From Candidatus Parcubacteria bacterium (GTDB taxonomy: Bacteria; Patescibacteriota; Minisyncoccia; UBA6257; 2-01-FULL-56-20), in NCBI GenBank assembly GCA_027355945.1, contig DAIEHA010000003.1, positions 5,769-69,768 of the forward strand: a DNA stretch of 64,000 nt, in the 5' to 3' direction. The position numbers were made by a program, and so were the translations under genes. The notes beneath the pieces were generated by a model. The model had not been told where the DNA came from and did no database searches. It saw only the letters and a program-made list of their open reading frames with translations. This document shows, in pieces, positions 27,763 to 37,148 of the stretch; position 1 is the stretch's first letter; every line of letters starts with the position of its first letter.

Positions 27763-27788
27763 GCCCGAAAGGGCTCATTTTGTTCTTG
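27756..27788 (+). terminator. rho-independent terminator of topA (may also serve the convergent tRNA genes)
   Basis: AAAATGAGCCC-GAAA-GGGCTCATTTTGTT, a stem-loop overlapping the topA stop codon, followed by a T-run. Confidence 0.7.
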
Positions 27789-27791
27789 CAG

Positions 27792-27874
27792 TGCCCGGGG
27801 TGGGAGTCGGACCCACATGCCCTTACGGACTGGGGATTTTAAGTCCCCTGCGTATGCCATTCCGCCACCCGGGC
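27792..27874 (-). tRNA. tRNA-Leu (anticodon TAA), type II with long variable arm
   Basis: Reverse complement GCCCGGG-TGGCGGAATGG...GGGGA-CTTAAAA-TCCCC-AGTCCGTAAGGGCATG-GTGGGTCCGACTCCCAC-CCCGGGC-A. No CCA encoded. T-loop reads TCCGACT. Confidence 0.7.
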
Positions 27875-27894
27875 ATCTCCGCCATCCATGATTG

Positions 27895-27966
27895 AGGCCA
27901 CGACGGGATTTGCACCCGTGCATCGCGGTTTTGCAGACCGCTGCGTTACTGCTTCGCCACGTGGCC
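27895..27966 (-). tRNA. tRNA-Cys (anticodon GCA)
   Basis: Reverse complement GGCCACG...GCGGT-CTGCAAA-ACCGC...ACGGG-TGCAAAT-CCCGT-CGTGGCC-T. 7-bp acceptor stem. No CCA. The T-loop lacks a canonical U55. Confidence 0.6.
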
Positions 27967-28058
27967 ATCGGCTCCATCGCCGACCCTATTGAGTGTAAGG
28001 AAATCGGCCGTTATCTTCAAGCGCAGGAAGTGCGCTCCCCGGGATCTCGAAAATCGGA

Positions 28059-28424
28059 TCAATCCCCGGAAACCTCCTGGATCCCCTCCAATGAGGCATC
28101 TTCGATGAATGCCTTCTCCACGCGCGCCGCGTTCTCGGTGCCGCGATCCAGTACGAACGAAATGCGGGGCATGGGCTTGATATTGATCTTCTTCATGAGC
28201 AGGTGCTGCAGACGCCCCGCTTCGCGTCCAAGAAGCTGCATCGCGTCCGCCTCCCTTTCCACGGGCATCACGCTCACGCGTACGGCGGCATGCTCCAGCT
28301 TGCGATCCGCCTCGACCGCCATGATCGTGACGAGCGCGCCGCTGAACTCGAGCTCGCGCGTGATGATCCCTCCCAATTGATGCTGGATAAGACTTTCAAC
28401 CCGCTCCGAACGATGGAACCGCAT
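28059..28424 (-). CDS. rbfA: ribosome-binding factor A
   Basis: 121 aa, RVESLIQHQLGGII...VTIMAVEADRKLEHAAVRVSV, KH-like RbfA pattern. Immediately downstream of infB. Confidence 0.8.
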   Translation of the reverse strand: MRFHRSERVESLIQHQLGGIITRELEFSGALVTIMAVEADRKLEHAAVRVSVMPVEREADAMQLLGREAGRLQHLLMKKINIKPMPRISFVLDRGTENAARVEKAFIEDASLEGIQEVSGD

Positions 28425-28437
28425 ATTCCAGATAGGA

Positions 28438-29910
28438 TTATTTTCTGATCACAAGATGATCGCCGACCTGTATCGTGACTGGCGTATCGATGAGCACGCC
28501 GATCTCCTTCCCTTCCTCTGCGCTCGTGATCTCATCCTTCCGTTCGCGGAGGCCGAGGATCTTCCCTTGTCCGAGAGGTGCCGTTCCAAGCGGCCCGCGC
28601 ACCACATCGAACGATGCCTTTCCGCGGAACGTCCCATGGCCGACGCGTCCCCCGATGAGCTGCTTTTCGAGCTTTTCCTGATTGAAAAGCGCGAGCACCT
28701 CGAGTTCGCCCGCCATCGCAGGACCTCGCGTCCCGGTGAAGAACTCCTCGACGGCATTGGCGAGGTCATAGACGATGTCGGAGGTGATGATGGAGATATC
28801 CTGCGCGTCGGCGAGCACTTTTGCGCCCCTCTCCACGCGGTTCTTGAACCCGATGATCGCGGCCTTCGTTGCAAGGGCATGGCGCACATCCCCGTCCGTG
28901 ACATCGCCCACGCCCTCCTCGATGATGTTCAGCTCCTTCCCTCCCTTGCGATCGACGCCGTGAAGGACCGTGGAGAGCGCCTCGAGCGATCCGGCGTCGC
29001 CGGCTTTTAGGATGAGATTAAGCGCATTCGCCTTCGGTTGGGCGAAACGCCGCCCGCCCGCATTCCCTGCGCCCGCCACCGGCCCTGACCCCGACCCTGG
29101 CCCGAACTCTTCGCCAACGTTCGGGATCGTTTCGAACCCTATGATGATCGCGGGGGATGACGGGGAAAGCTCCGGGGCGGTCTTCCCGAGGAAGTCCTCG
29201 AGTATCTTCGCTTTACCGGATGCGGTCTTCGTGGCGATGGGATCACCGCGCTTCAGGACGCCGTTCTTCACGATGACCGAAACCTCGATCCCGCGCTTCG
29301 GATCGCGCTTCGCCTCAAGCACAAACCCGGATGCCGGGGCGGAGGGATCATACTGGAGATTCTCAAGGTCCGCGGCAAGCACGACGAGATCGAGAAGTTC
29401 GCCGACACCCTCGCCGGTCTTCGCCGAAATGCCGTGATAGCTCACCTGCCCGCCGAACCCTTCGAGAAGGACGCCCGCAGCCATAAGGTCGTTGCGCGCT
29501 TTATCGATGATGCCGCCGGTCTTATCGATCTTGTTGAATGCCACGATGAACGGGGTCCCGGATTCCTCGATGATCCGTATCGCTTCCTTCGTTTGGGGCT
29601 TCACGCCCTCATCCGCAGCGACGACAAGGATCGCGAGATCGGCAACCTGGGCGCCTCGAGAACGCATGGCGGTGAACGCCTCATGTCCCGGGGTATCGAT
29701 GAACGTGATACGACGCCCGTTATGGACGATCTCATAGGCTGCAGTGGCCTGCGTGATGCCTCCCGCCTCCCGCGCGGCGATGTTCGTTCTGCGGATATAG
29801 TCGAGAAGCGTCGTCTTACCGTGATCGACATGGCCCATCACGACGACGATCGGAGGCCTTGCGACAAGGGCCTGTGGAGGGATGCTTTTTTGAGGGATTT
29901 CCTTTTTCAT
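28438..29910 (-). CDS. infB: translation initiation factor IF-2 (short form lacking the N-terminal domains)
   Basis: G-domain [28 protein letters not shown]. Domain II and C1/C2 are present. 490 aa. Confidence 0.9.
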   Translation of the reverse strand: MKKEIPQKSIPPQALVARPPIVVVMGHVDHGKTTLLDYIRRTNIAAREAGGITQATAAYEIVHNGRRITFIDTPGHEAFTAMRSRGAQVADLAILVVAADEGVKPQTKEAIRIIEESGTPFIVAFNKIDKTGGIIDKARNDLMAAGVLLEGFGGQVSYHGISAKTGEGVGELLDLVVLAADLENLQYDPSAPASGFVLEAKRDPKRGIEVSVIVKNGVLKRGDPIATKTASGKAKILEDFLGKTAPELSPSSPAIIIGFETIPNVGEEFGPGSGSGPVAGAGNAGGRRFAQPKANALNLILKAGDAGSLEALSTVLHGVDRKGGKELNIIEEGVGDVTDGDVRHALATKAAIIGFKNRVERGAKVLADAQDISIITSDIVYDLANAVEEFFTGTRGPAMAGELEVLALFNQEKLEKQLIGGRVGHGTFRGKASFDVVRGPLGTAPLGQGKILGLRERKDEITSAEEGKEIGVLIDTPVTIQVGDHLVIRK

Positions 29911-30030
29911 GGGGACCTGAGGAGGTTTTCACAACTCCAACGTATTATATCAAAAAATAGGGAAAAAACAACCCATACCGGGGCGTTTTGATTTATTTGC
30001 GAAGTGCGGTACACTCAACACCGTAAGAAT

Positions 30031-30117
30031 TGGAGACGTGGCTGAGCGGTCGAAAGCGGCTCCGTGCTAAGGAGTTAGGGGAGCAATCCCCTCAGAGGTT
30101 CGAATCCTCTCGTCTCC
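30031..30117 (+). tRNA. tRNA-Ser (anticodon GCT), type II
   Basis: GGAGACG...GCTCC-GTGCTAA-GGAGT-TAGGGGAGCAATCCCCTC-AGAGGTTCGAATCCTCT-CGTCTCC-G. Long variable arm, canonical T-loop. No CCA. Confidence 0.75.
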
Positions 30118-30178
30118 GCTCGTTGGTGTATAGATTCGAAAGACCTCCCGGCCTCGGATTTTCCATTATTTTGCCTGA

Positions 30179-30817
30179 GTGCTAGACTGGGAAACGATGA
30201 TCGGTTTCAAGATTTTTCTCGGATATTTCTCTGTGGCACTCGGTTTTATTGCTTACGGTTTTTATTTCCGCGATATATTTTTAAAGCGCACCAAACCTCA
30301 CGCCTTCTCCTGGTTCATTTGGGGATTGATAACGACGATCGCTTTTTACGCGCAAATCGTAAAGGGGGCAGGGGCTGGAGCATGGGCAACAGGCACCGGC
30401 TCTCTGGTTTGTTTTATAATAGGTTTTTTTGCGCTGAATGGCGGCGAAAGGCGCTTCTCGTGTCTTGATTGGGTCACCTTAATTTTTGCTTTAGCCGCTA
30501 TATTGCTTTGGTTCGTGACGAATGATCCGCTGGGATCGGTGATAGTGCTTTCAATCACGGATGTCATTGGTTCCACTCCTACGTTCCTTAAAAGTTTCAA
30601 TAAGCCCGATGAGGAGACCGCAAAAGCATTCGCCATGCACTCAATCAAATTTTTTATTGCTATCGTTGCTCTACAATCATACTCACTTGCCACTTGGCTT
30701 TTCCCGGCAACATTAGCCTGCGTGAACGGCGTGATTGCTATTTTCATAATTAGCCGAAGGAATGGATTATCATTACAAGCCAACGGAACCTCTCGGCTTC
30801 AAAAACCCTCCTCCTGA
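30179..30817 (+). CDS. polytopic integral membrane protein, unknown function (in low-GC islet)
   Basis: About 6 predicted TM helices. GC is visibly lower than the flanks. Starts 62 nt after tRNA-Ser. The true start may be the internal ATG at 30197. Confidence 0.5.
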   Translation: MLDWETMIGFKIFLGYFSVALGFIAYGFYFRDIFLKRTKPHAFSWFIWGLITTIAFYAQIVKGAGAGAWATGTGSLVCFIIGFFALNGGERRFSCLDWVTLIFALAAILLWFVTNDPLGSVIVLSITDVIGSTPTFLKSFNKPDEETAKAFAMHSIKFFIAIVALQSYSLATWLFPATLACVNGVIAIFIISRRNGLSLQANGTSRLQKPSS

Positions 30818-30963
30818 GAACATTGCAATAGTTTGCGTGGAGGAGGTCCCGGACCGAGAAGCTTCGCAACGATAATCAGGGAGATCCTGCAAGAAAAGAG
30901 GCTTCGTTCCGCACTGCCCGGGACGACCTATCCCTTTGAGGGGTTATTTTTTATAATAAGGAC

Positions 30964-31287
30964 ATGCAAAACGACAGACTGCCTGGCGGCGAGAAATTCA
31001 ACTTCGGTGAGGTTACGGCGGTTGTCGCGATCTTCTTGGCGAGCATCATCGTTCCCATCGCACTGGACAATAGCTACCTCGCCGTCCACCGAGGAACGGT
31101 GGCGATGCCATGGTATGTCCCGCAGATCATGATATGGGGAAATCTTGCGGCATTCCTTTTTGCACTTTCCCTGATGCGTCGGCGGTCCAAGGCGACTCAG
31201 GCCGCAGCAGTGATACTTGTCATACTTTCCCTCCTCTACTTTGGCCTGATTTTCATGATGTGGATCGTGGGTGGATTCATCGGTTAG
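30964..31287 (+). CDS. small membrane protein, unknown function
   Basis: 107 aa with three hydrophobic helices. Same strand and islet as the neighbours. Confidence 0.4.
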   Translation: MQNDRLPGGEKFNFGEVTAVVAIFLASIIVPIALDNSYLAVHRGTVAMPWYVPQIMIWGNLAAFLFALSLMRRRSKATQAAAVILVILSLLYFGLIFMMWIVGGFIG

Positions 31288-31327
31288 TCTGGCAAGAGGT
31301 TCGCATTCGTCCCACATCATCCGCACC

Positions 31328-31663
31328 ATGGTCCATTCAATGGGATTGGCAACTGAATATTTCCGGAAGATGAAGAACGGCACGAAGACCATCGAGTGCC
31401 GCCTTTATGATGGAAAAAGAAAACTGCTGGCTCTTGGGGACACGATCGAGTTCAGCGACGCTCAGAATGGCACCGATACGATCTCGGTTGAGATAGTGGC
31501 ACTCCATCCATTCCCCACCTTCTCCGAACTGTTGGATCGCTTTCCTATTTCTTCATTTGGTGCACATGACAAGGATGATTTTCTGACAATATTGAAACGG
31601 TTCTATTCCGAAGAAGATGAGAAAAAATACGGGGTCATCGGCATAGAGGTGATGCGGCGATAG
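31328..31663 (+). CDS. ASCH (PUA-like) domain protein
   Basis: YFRKMKNGTKTIECRLYDGKRKLLALGDTIEF...ISVEIVALHPF fits the ASCH beta-barrel signature. Start chosen at the internal Met. The ORF is open from 31271. Confidence 0.6.
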   Translation: MVHSMGLATEYFRKMKNGTKTIECRLYDGKRKLLALGDTIEFSDAQNGTDTISVEIVALHPFPTFSELLDRFPISSFGAHDKDDFLTILKRFYSEEDEKKYGVIGIEVMRR

Positions 31664-31778
31664 ATACAATTCTTGGCGCTACGATCCGAGACGGCGTCGG
31701 CTTTGGGAAGAAGCGGCCACAATAAAGATCGCATGGCCGATATGGCGGGCCGGAGGAATCGAAGTTACAATCTCTATT

Positions 31779-34127
31779 ATGGATCGATACACGGGGTTGA
31801 GGGATACCGACGTCGCTGACCTGCGGGCTCATTATGGTTTCAACGAAACCCCCGTGTTCCATGAACGCATGGCCGTATTGTACCTCAAAAATTTTTGGGG
31901 GCCGCTCGCATGGCTCATGGAGGCGATGATCGTCGTCACGTTTCTGTCTGGCAATACCTTCGAGGCTGTCGTTATCGCCTTCCTGCTCCTCATAAATAGC
32001 GGCATAAACATATATCAGCGCAGGTCCGCCGATGCCGCGCTCGCTCTTTTGGCGCAGGCGATCCAGACGACCGCCCGCGTGCAGCGGAACGGGACCTGGG
32101 GTGTCATACCATCGCGGGAACTCCTTCCCGGAGACGTCATCCGATTGCGCGCGGGCGACATCATTCCCGCCGATGCGCAGATCTTCGAGGGAAGCCTGAG
32201 CATCGATCTTTCCAGCCTTACCGGAGAATCGCTGCCGCGCGACGTGAACGTGCAGGATGCGGTCTTTTCGGGCGGCATCGTGCGGCGCGGCGAAGCTACT
32301 GCAACAGTGACCGCGATCGGCGAGAATACCCAATACGGGAAGACGACGGAACTCCTTGAGACCGCGCATCCGCCGACCCACATGGAGAAGGTCGTGTTTG
32401 ATATCATCAAATATTTTTTCATGCTCAATGTGATCGTGGCCATCGCCGCGATCATCTTCGGATTTGCCGTCCATACGCAGACATTGCAGATCACGAATTT
32501 CGTCATCGTACTCCTCATCATGTCCGTGCCGGTCGCGTTCCCGACGATGTTCGCCGTAGCGCAGACATACGGCGCGCTCCAGCTCAATAAAGGCGATGGC
32601 AAAGAGAATGGCGGTTCGAAGGTCCTGGTCCGCCGGTTGGCCGCGGTGCAGGAGGGCGCCATCATGGACGTTCTTTGCAGCGATAAGACGGGCACGCTGA
32701 CCCAGGACCTCCTCGGCGTATCGGAGGTCGTTCATTACGGCGCGCACGATGAATCCCACGTAATGATGCTTGCGGCCGCGTGCAGCAATATTGCGGACAA
32801 AGACTCCGCCATCGATCAGGCCATCTTCAGGAAGGCCGCCGAGATGGATATCGCCGTTCCTCAACAGGTCAGCTTCTTCCCTTTCGATCCATTGACCAAG
32901 CGGACGCGGGCGGAGATCACCGAACAAGGGACGAAGATCGCCATTCAGATGGGACTGGCGGACCTCCTGTTGAACCCCGCGGTGCGTTTCTCCCAGGAAG
33001 CGCTCGCGGATGCCGCCCGCATGAGCAGGAATGGATTGCGCGTCCTGGCAATCGTGACGGGCGCGACAGGCGCGACGGAAACGGCATGTGCCGGCCTTGT
33101 CGGTCTGAGCGATCCTATCCGTCCCGACGCGCCGGCGCTCATCAAGGAATTGAGCGATCTCGGCGTGCGCATCGTCATGATCACGGGCGACGGCCGCATC
33201 ACGGCACAGGCGGTCGCGGATCGACTTGGATTGCAGGGCGGCGTCTGCACGCCTGACGATCTTAAGAGCAATCCTGCGATCGCGCTGCAATGCGCGGTGT
33301 TCGCAGAAGCCTATCCCGAGGACAAGGTGACGATCATCAAAGCGCTCCAGCAGGCCGGACACGTCGTTGGCATGACCGGCGACGGCGTGAACGATGCGCC
33401 GGCGCTCCATCAGGCGGAGATCGGCATTGCCGTCCAAAGCGCGACCGAGGTCGCCAAGCAGGCTGCAAGCTTCATCCTCACCACGCCCGGACTGGAGGGC
33501 GTGCGCCGCGTCGTCACGGCAAGTCGCCGCGTCTATATGAGGATCCGCACATGGGCGCTGAACAAGGTGATAAAATCCATTGAGATCTTGTTCATTGCCA
33601 CGATCGCATTCGTCATCACGCATTCATATATCCTCTCGCCGCTCATTGCCATCCTCATCCTGCTGGCCAATGATTTCTTGACCATCACGATCGCGACCGA
33701 CCACACGGCACCGCTCCCCCGTCCCGCCCGCTGGAACATTCCGCGAATGATCGCCGCATCGTCGATGATCGCAGCCGTACCGTTCCTCTTCACGATCTCC
33801 CTCTATGCCGTAGCCCAGCATCTGCATTATCCCTTTGATACCATACGGACGATCATATACGGCTCGTTCATCTATCTCGGCGGGACGACGCTGCTTGCCG
33901 TACGCGCATGGCCGTTCGGCTGGAGCGTCCGTCCAAGCAAGACGCTGCTCGGCGCACTTCTGTTCTCCTTGATATTCGCATCCCTCATCGCCGGGTTCGG
34001 GATATTCATCGCGGCGATGCCGGCACTCTTCTTTGTGCCGATCGCCGGGGGCGCGATCGTAAGCTTCTTCCTCATTGAGGCTGTCAAACAGTCACGCACC
34101 GTACGCGTCTTGTTGGATATCGCGTGA
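31779..34127 (+). CDS. P-type cation-transporting ATPase (type III-like, H+/Mg2+ branch)
   Basis: TGES, phosphorylation site CSDKTGTLT, hinge GDGVNDAPAL, TM6 motif VPVAFP. About 8-10 TM helices. No heavy-metal-binding N-terminus. Confidence 0.85.
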   Translation: MDRYTGLRDTDVADLRAHYGFNETPVFHERMAVLYLKNFWGPLAWLMEAMIVVTFLSGNTFEAVVIAFLLLINSGINIYQRRSADAALALLAQAIQTTARVQRNGTWGVIPSRELLPGDVIRLRAGDIIPADAQIFEGSLSIDLSSLTGESLPRDVNVQDAVFSGGIVRRGEATATVTAIGENTQYGKTTELLETAHPPTHMEKVVFDIIKYFFMLNVIVAIAAIIFGFAVHTQTLQITNFVIVLLIMSVPVAFPTMFAVAQTYGALQLNKGDGKENGGSKVLVRRLAAVQEGAIMDVLCSDKTGTLTQDLLGVSEVVHYGAHDESHVMMLAAACSNIADKDSAIDQAIFRKAAEMDIAVPQQVSFFPFDPLTKRTRAEITEQGTKIAIQMGLADLLLNPAVRFSQEALADAARMSRNGLRVLAIVTGATGATETACAGLVGLSDPIRPDAPALIKELSDLGVRIVMITGDGRITAQAVADRLGLQGGVCTPDDLKSNPAIALQCAVFAEAYPEDKVTIIKALQQAGHVVGMTGDGVNDAPALHQAEIGIAVQSATEVAKQAASFILTTPGLEGVRRVVTASRRVYMRIRTWALNKVIKSIEILFIATIAFVITHSYILSPLIAILILLANDFLTITIATDHTAPLPRPARWNIPRMIAASSMIAAVPFLFTISLYAVAQHLHYPFDTIRTIIYGSFIYLGGTTLLAVRAWPFGWSVRPSKTLLGALLFSLIFASLIAGFGIFIAAMPALFFVPIAGGAIVSFFLIEAVKQSRTVRVLLDIA

Positions 34128-34198
34128 GGTCGCCGATGACTGTCGCAGATCATTTCTTGACATCTTCTTCCCGGGTACTAGTATTCTGATACAATCCC

Positions 34199-34654
34199 AT
34201 GGAATGCATCTTCTGCAAAATCGTGAATGGCGAGGCCCCATCGCACAAGATATGGGAGGATGCCGAATATCTCGCATTCCTTTCGATATTCCCCAATACT
34301 GAAGGAACGACGGTGGTGATCCCGAAGCAGCATCATCCAAGCTATCCGTTCGATCTGTCCGATGGGATATTGACCGGGCTCATGCTCGCCACAAAGAAGG
34401 TGGCGAAGCTGCTCGATGCGAAGCTCGACGATGTCGGCAGGACCGCCATGGTGTTCGAGGGATTCGGCGTGGATCATGTCCACGCGAAGCTTTTTCCCAT
34501 GCATGGCACGAAGGACATGGAACGATGGCGGCCGATCGAATCACACGTCGATCGATATTTTGAGAGATACGAGGGATATATCTCCTCGCATGATTACGCA
34601 CGGGCGGATGATGAGACACTGAGGAGACTCTCGGAAAAGATCAAAAAACCATGA
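34199..34654 (+). CDS. HIT-family (histidine triad) hydrolase-like protein with variant triad
   Basis: N-terminal CIFCKI zinc-ribbon-like start typical of HINT proteins. The triad region reads DHVHAKLF (third His replaced). Confidence 0.7.
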   Translation: MECIFCKIVNGEAPSHKIWEDAEYLAFLSIFPNTEGTTVVIPKQHHPSYPFDLSDGILTGLMLATKKVAKLLDAKLDDVGRTAMVFEGFGVDHVHAKLFPMHGTKDMERWRPIESHVDRYFERYEGYISSHDYARADDETLRRLSEKIKKP

Positions 34655-35070
34655 GACACCGCGCGGCGGTCTTTGTGCTCGATAACGATAAGGTCCTTCT
34701 TTTCCATCGTCTCAAAGATGGCAATGAATACTACGCCGTTCCCGGAGGCGGCGTAGAGGCGGATGAGACCCCGGAAGAGGCCGCAACAAGGGAATTGAAG
34801 GAGGAAACAAGCCTGGATGTCGTTCTGGGAGAAAAGATCGGCGAGCTCGAGGAGGACGGCAATCGCCAATATTTCTATATCGCCCGATCATGGAACGGCA
34901 CGCCGATGCTCGGCGGTCCGGAGGCAGAGCGCAATTCCCCCGATAATTCGTATCGTCTTGAATGGATACCATGCGAGAAGCTGGGCGAGATCAATCTGAG
35001 GGATGATATCGCGGCGCTTCTTTTAACATACATGGAGACTGTACGGGAGATCCCAGGGAAGATCGGCTGA
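34651..35070 (+). CDS. NUDIX hydrolase
   Basis: Nudix box GGGVEADETPEEAATRELKEETSL. Its start overlaps the HIT stop codon by 4 nt. Confidence 0.85.
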   Translation: MRHRAAVFVLDNDKVLLFHRLKDGNEYYAVPGGGVEADETPEEAATRELKEETSLDVVLGEKIGELEEDGNRQYFYIARSWNGTPMLGGPEAERNSPDNSYRLEWIPCEKLGEINLRDDIAALLLTYMETVREIPGKIG

Positions 35071-35153
35071 CGCTGTCCCCTACGCTGCCACTACCCAGCC
35101 TGCACGATCTTAAGGGGTTCTTTGGGATCCGCGGCTTCGAAAGGGCGGGATTG

Positions 35154-35891
35154 CTACGACCGACTGCTTTCGCGCCAAAGACTCTCGAAGAGGACCTCCA
35201 TCGTATGGTGGATATCCTCATCCTCGATGAGAATGCCAACGGGCCGTTTGGTGTTCATGGAAATGATGGCTACCTTGTTGCCATAAATGTAGTTTGAGTT
35301 CCTCACGTCCACCGATGCAGGAAGGAATTGCGTATCGCGAAGTTCGCTGCCGTCATGCTGCTTGAGCGCCACCGAAAGCTTGGTGCGAGGCGTGAGCAGG
35401 CGGATCCTGAGAAAGCGTCGATAGCGCATCTCCGTGAAATTATCGATCCATGCTTTGCCGAGCGTCTCGACCCAGGGATCCCACGAAAGGATGGCGGAAA
35501 CATGGTGCTTCGTCTCAAGAATATCGTTCATGATCTGCTTGATCTCCTCAACGCCGCTGTAGGTGCGCACCGTTGGTTTCACGCCGGTGTCATGGCGGAG
35601 GGTCTGCAGTTCGGGAAGGACGAGTTTGAGGGCCGCCTCCCGTTCCTTGAGGACGATCATGAGCCGCTCGGGGTTCTCCGCCGTCCAGATGCGCCGGCGG
35701 CGTTTGAGGAAGGCGTTCATAAGCCCCTTCTTCTGAAGCTGGCGTATGATGAGGTTCACCGTGGTGCGCGGCATCTTCGCCTTTTCGGCGATCTCCGTGG
35801 CCGAACTCCCGCCGAGCTCGAGCGCGGCAAGATAGACCGTCGTTTCATGCGATGAATACCCAAGCTGCTCGATGACCGTGCGAAGATGCAT
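35154..35891 (-). CDS. TrmB-family transcriptional regulator
   Basis: N-terminal winged HTH (TVYLAALELGGSSATEIAEKAKMPRTTVNLIIRQLQKKGLM) and a C-terminal effector domain. Confidence 0.75.
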   Translation of the reverse strand: MHLRTVIEQLGYSSHETTVYLAALELGGSSATEIAEKAKMPRTTVNLIIRQLQKKGLMNAFLKRRRRIWTAENPERLMIVLKEREAALKLVLPELQTLRHDTGVKPTVRTYSGVEEIKQIMNDILETKHHVSAILSWDPWVETLGKAWIDNFTEMRYRRFLRIRLLTPRTKLSVALKQHDGSELRDTQFLPASVDVRNSNYIYGNKVAIISMNTKRPVGILIEDEDIHHTMEVLFESLWRESSRS

Positions 35892-35957
35892 ATAGGTTCG
35901 TTATACCCGATTAGAAGGAAAGACGCCACAGGGGATGCTGCGGCGGCACGGGGCGCC

Positions 35958-37073
35958 CTAGAGGCATGAATTGTAGGCTTTCACCGCGGCGTTGTAGGCC
36001 GCCACTTCCGCCTTCGTCTGCGAGGCAAGCGTGTTGTATTGGGAGACGAGCGTGTTGTATTGGGAGACCTTATCGTTATACGTCGCGCCGGACTGGGGCT
36101 GCATGGTCTCGATCTGCTGCTTCATCTGAAGGAGTTCCGAGCTCATGGCGGCAAGGGCTCCTTCGGCATTCGTGATGGCTGCCTCGAGCGAAGGATCGGG
36201 GGCGGGAGGACATGCTGACGCAGGCTTACCGAACACCTGCACCGCGATCCATGCCTGCTGTCCGTTGAAAATGCCTTCGCGCGCGGCGACCCCGATCTGG
36301 GTATAGTGCGCATCGAGGATGTTCGCCCGATGCCCCGGCGAGTTCATCCATGCAGTCACAAGCCCCTGATCGCCCGCAAACCACCCCTCGGCAAGGTTCT
36401 CTCCGAGGGCAAGATGATCGTATCCCACACTCGACGCCACGGTGAGCGCGCTCTCCCCTGTCGGCGACACATGTGCAAAATACTGATGGGCGAACATATC
36501 CTCGAGACGGATGGTCGCGATACCGTCGAGCGTGGCATTTTCCGCAAGAGGTGCGACGCTCGATGCGGATCTCGCGGCATTCGTGTCCGTGATGATGCCG
36601 GAGATGGTGAGGGTGGCGTTCTTCTGAGAGGTTCGCTGGGATGCCTTGAGAGGCGCGGGGAAGGTGGCGGTCGCCTGCTGCACTTCGCTTGTCACCTGCG
36701 TCTCGAACGCGGCAAGCTTCTCGAGCGGCATGGTGGAAAATTCCCGGAACGCCCAGAATACGCCTCCTGCGATGGCCGCTCCGAGGATGATGAAAATGAG
36801 ATTCCTCCATGCGCGCTTCCTCCGATCGGCGGCGGCTTTGAGGTTCGGCACGACGACGACCTTCTGCGCCTCCTCCTGTTCCTGCACCTCCTCCTCCATC
36901 TCGGGATCCGTCTCAGGCTTGGGAATGGAGACGGTCTCTGTCACGGGCTCGAGATCGGGCTTTGGTATGGGACTCGGCGGGACGGGCGGGATCGGGGACG
37001 GTTCTGGCGGAAGGATATCCATTGGTGATAAGTGTCCGTGATCGTGGCGCTCGTGGTAGGGGGATATGCGCAT
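35958..37073 (-). CDS. CAP/SCP/PR-1 superfamily protein with Pro-rich N-terminus, TM anchor and C-terminal coiled-coil repeats
   Basis: CAP signatures HYTQIGVA, GENLAEGW, WMNSPGHRANIL. TM helix LIFIILGAAIAGGVFWAF. C-terminal SQYNTLVSQYNTL repeats. Co-oriented downstream of ftsX. The N-terminal boundary is uncertain. Confidence 0.7.
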   Translation of the reverse strand: MRISPYHERHDHGHLSPMDILPPEPSPIPPVPPSPIPKPDLEPVTETVSIPKPETDPEMEEEVQEQEEAQKVVVVPNLKAAADRRKRAWRNLIFIILGAAIAGGVFWAFREFSTMPLEKLAAFETQVTSEVQQATATFPAPLKASQRTSQKNATLTISGIITDTNAARSASSVAPLAENATLDGIATIRLEDMFAHQYFAHVSPTGESALTVASSVGYDHLALGENLAEGWFAGDQGLVTAWMNSPGHRANILDAHYTQIGVAAREGIFNGQQAWIAVQVFGKPASACPPAPDPSLEAAITNAEGALAAMSSELLQMKQQIETMQPQSGATYNDKVSQYNTLVSQYNTLASQTKAEVAAYNAAVKAYNSCL

Positions 37074-37148
37074 CGCAGGATCCTCGCGGCGGAGTGCGGC
37101 GCTCGGCCGCCGGAACCCGTCCGCGGAAGACGTCCGCGCGTAGTGCGC

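Noticed and set aside
31635-33623. 662-aa minus-strand ORF antisense to the P-type ATPase
   Set aside because: The sense strand carries DKTGTLT, TGES and GDGVNDAPAL. The antisense ORF has no features.
30118-35100. Integrated mobile element at tRNA-Ser with integrase
   Set aside because: No integrase, recombinase or transposase ORF was found, and no direct repeat of the tRNA 3' end. Only the compositional islet (30118-31663) is reported.
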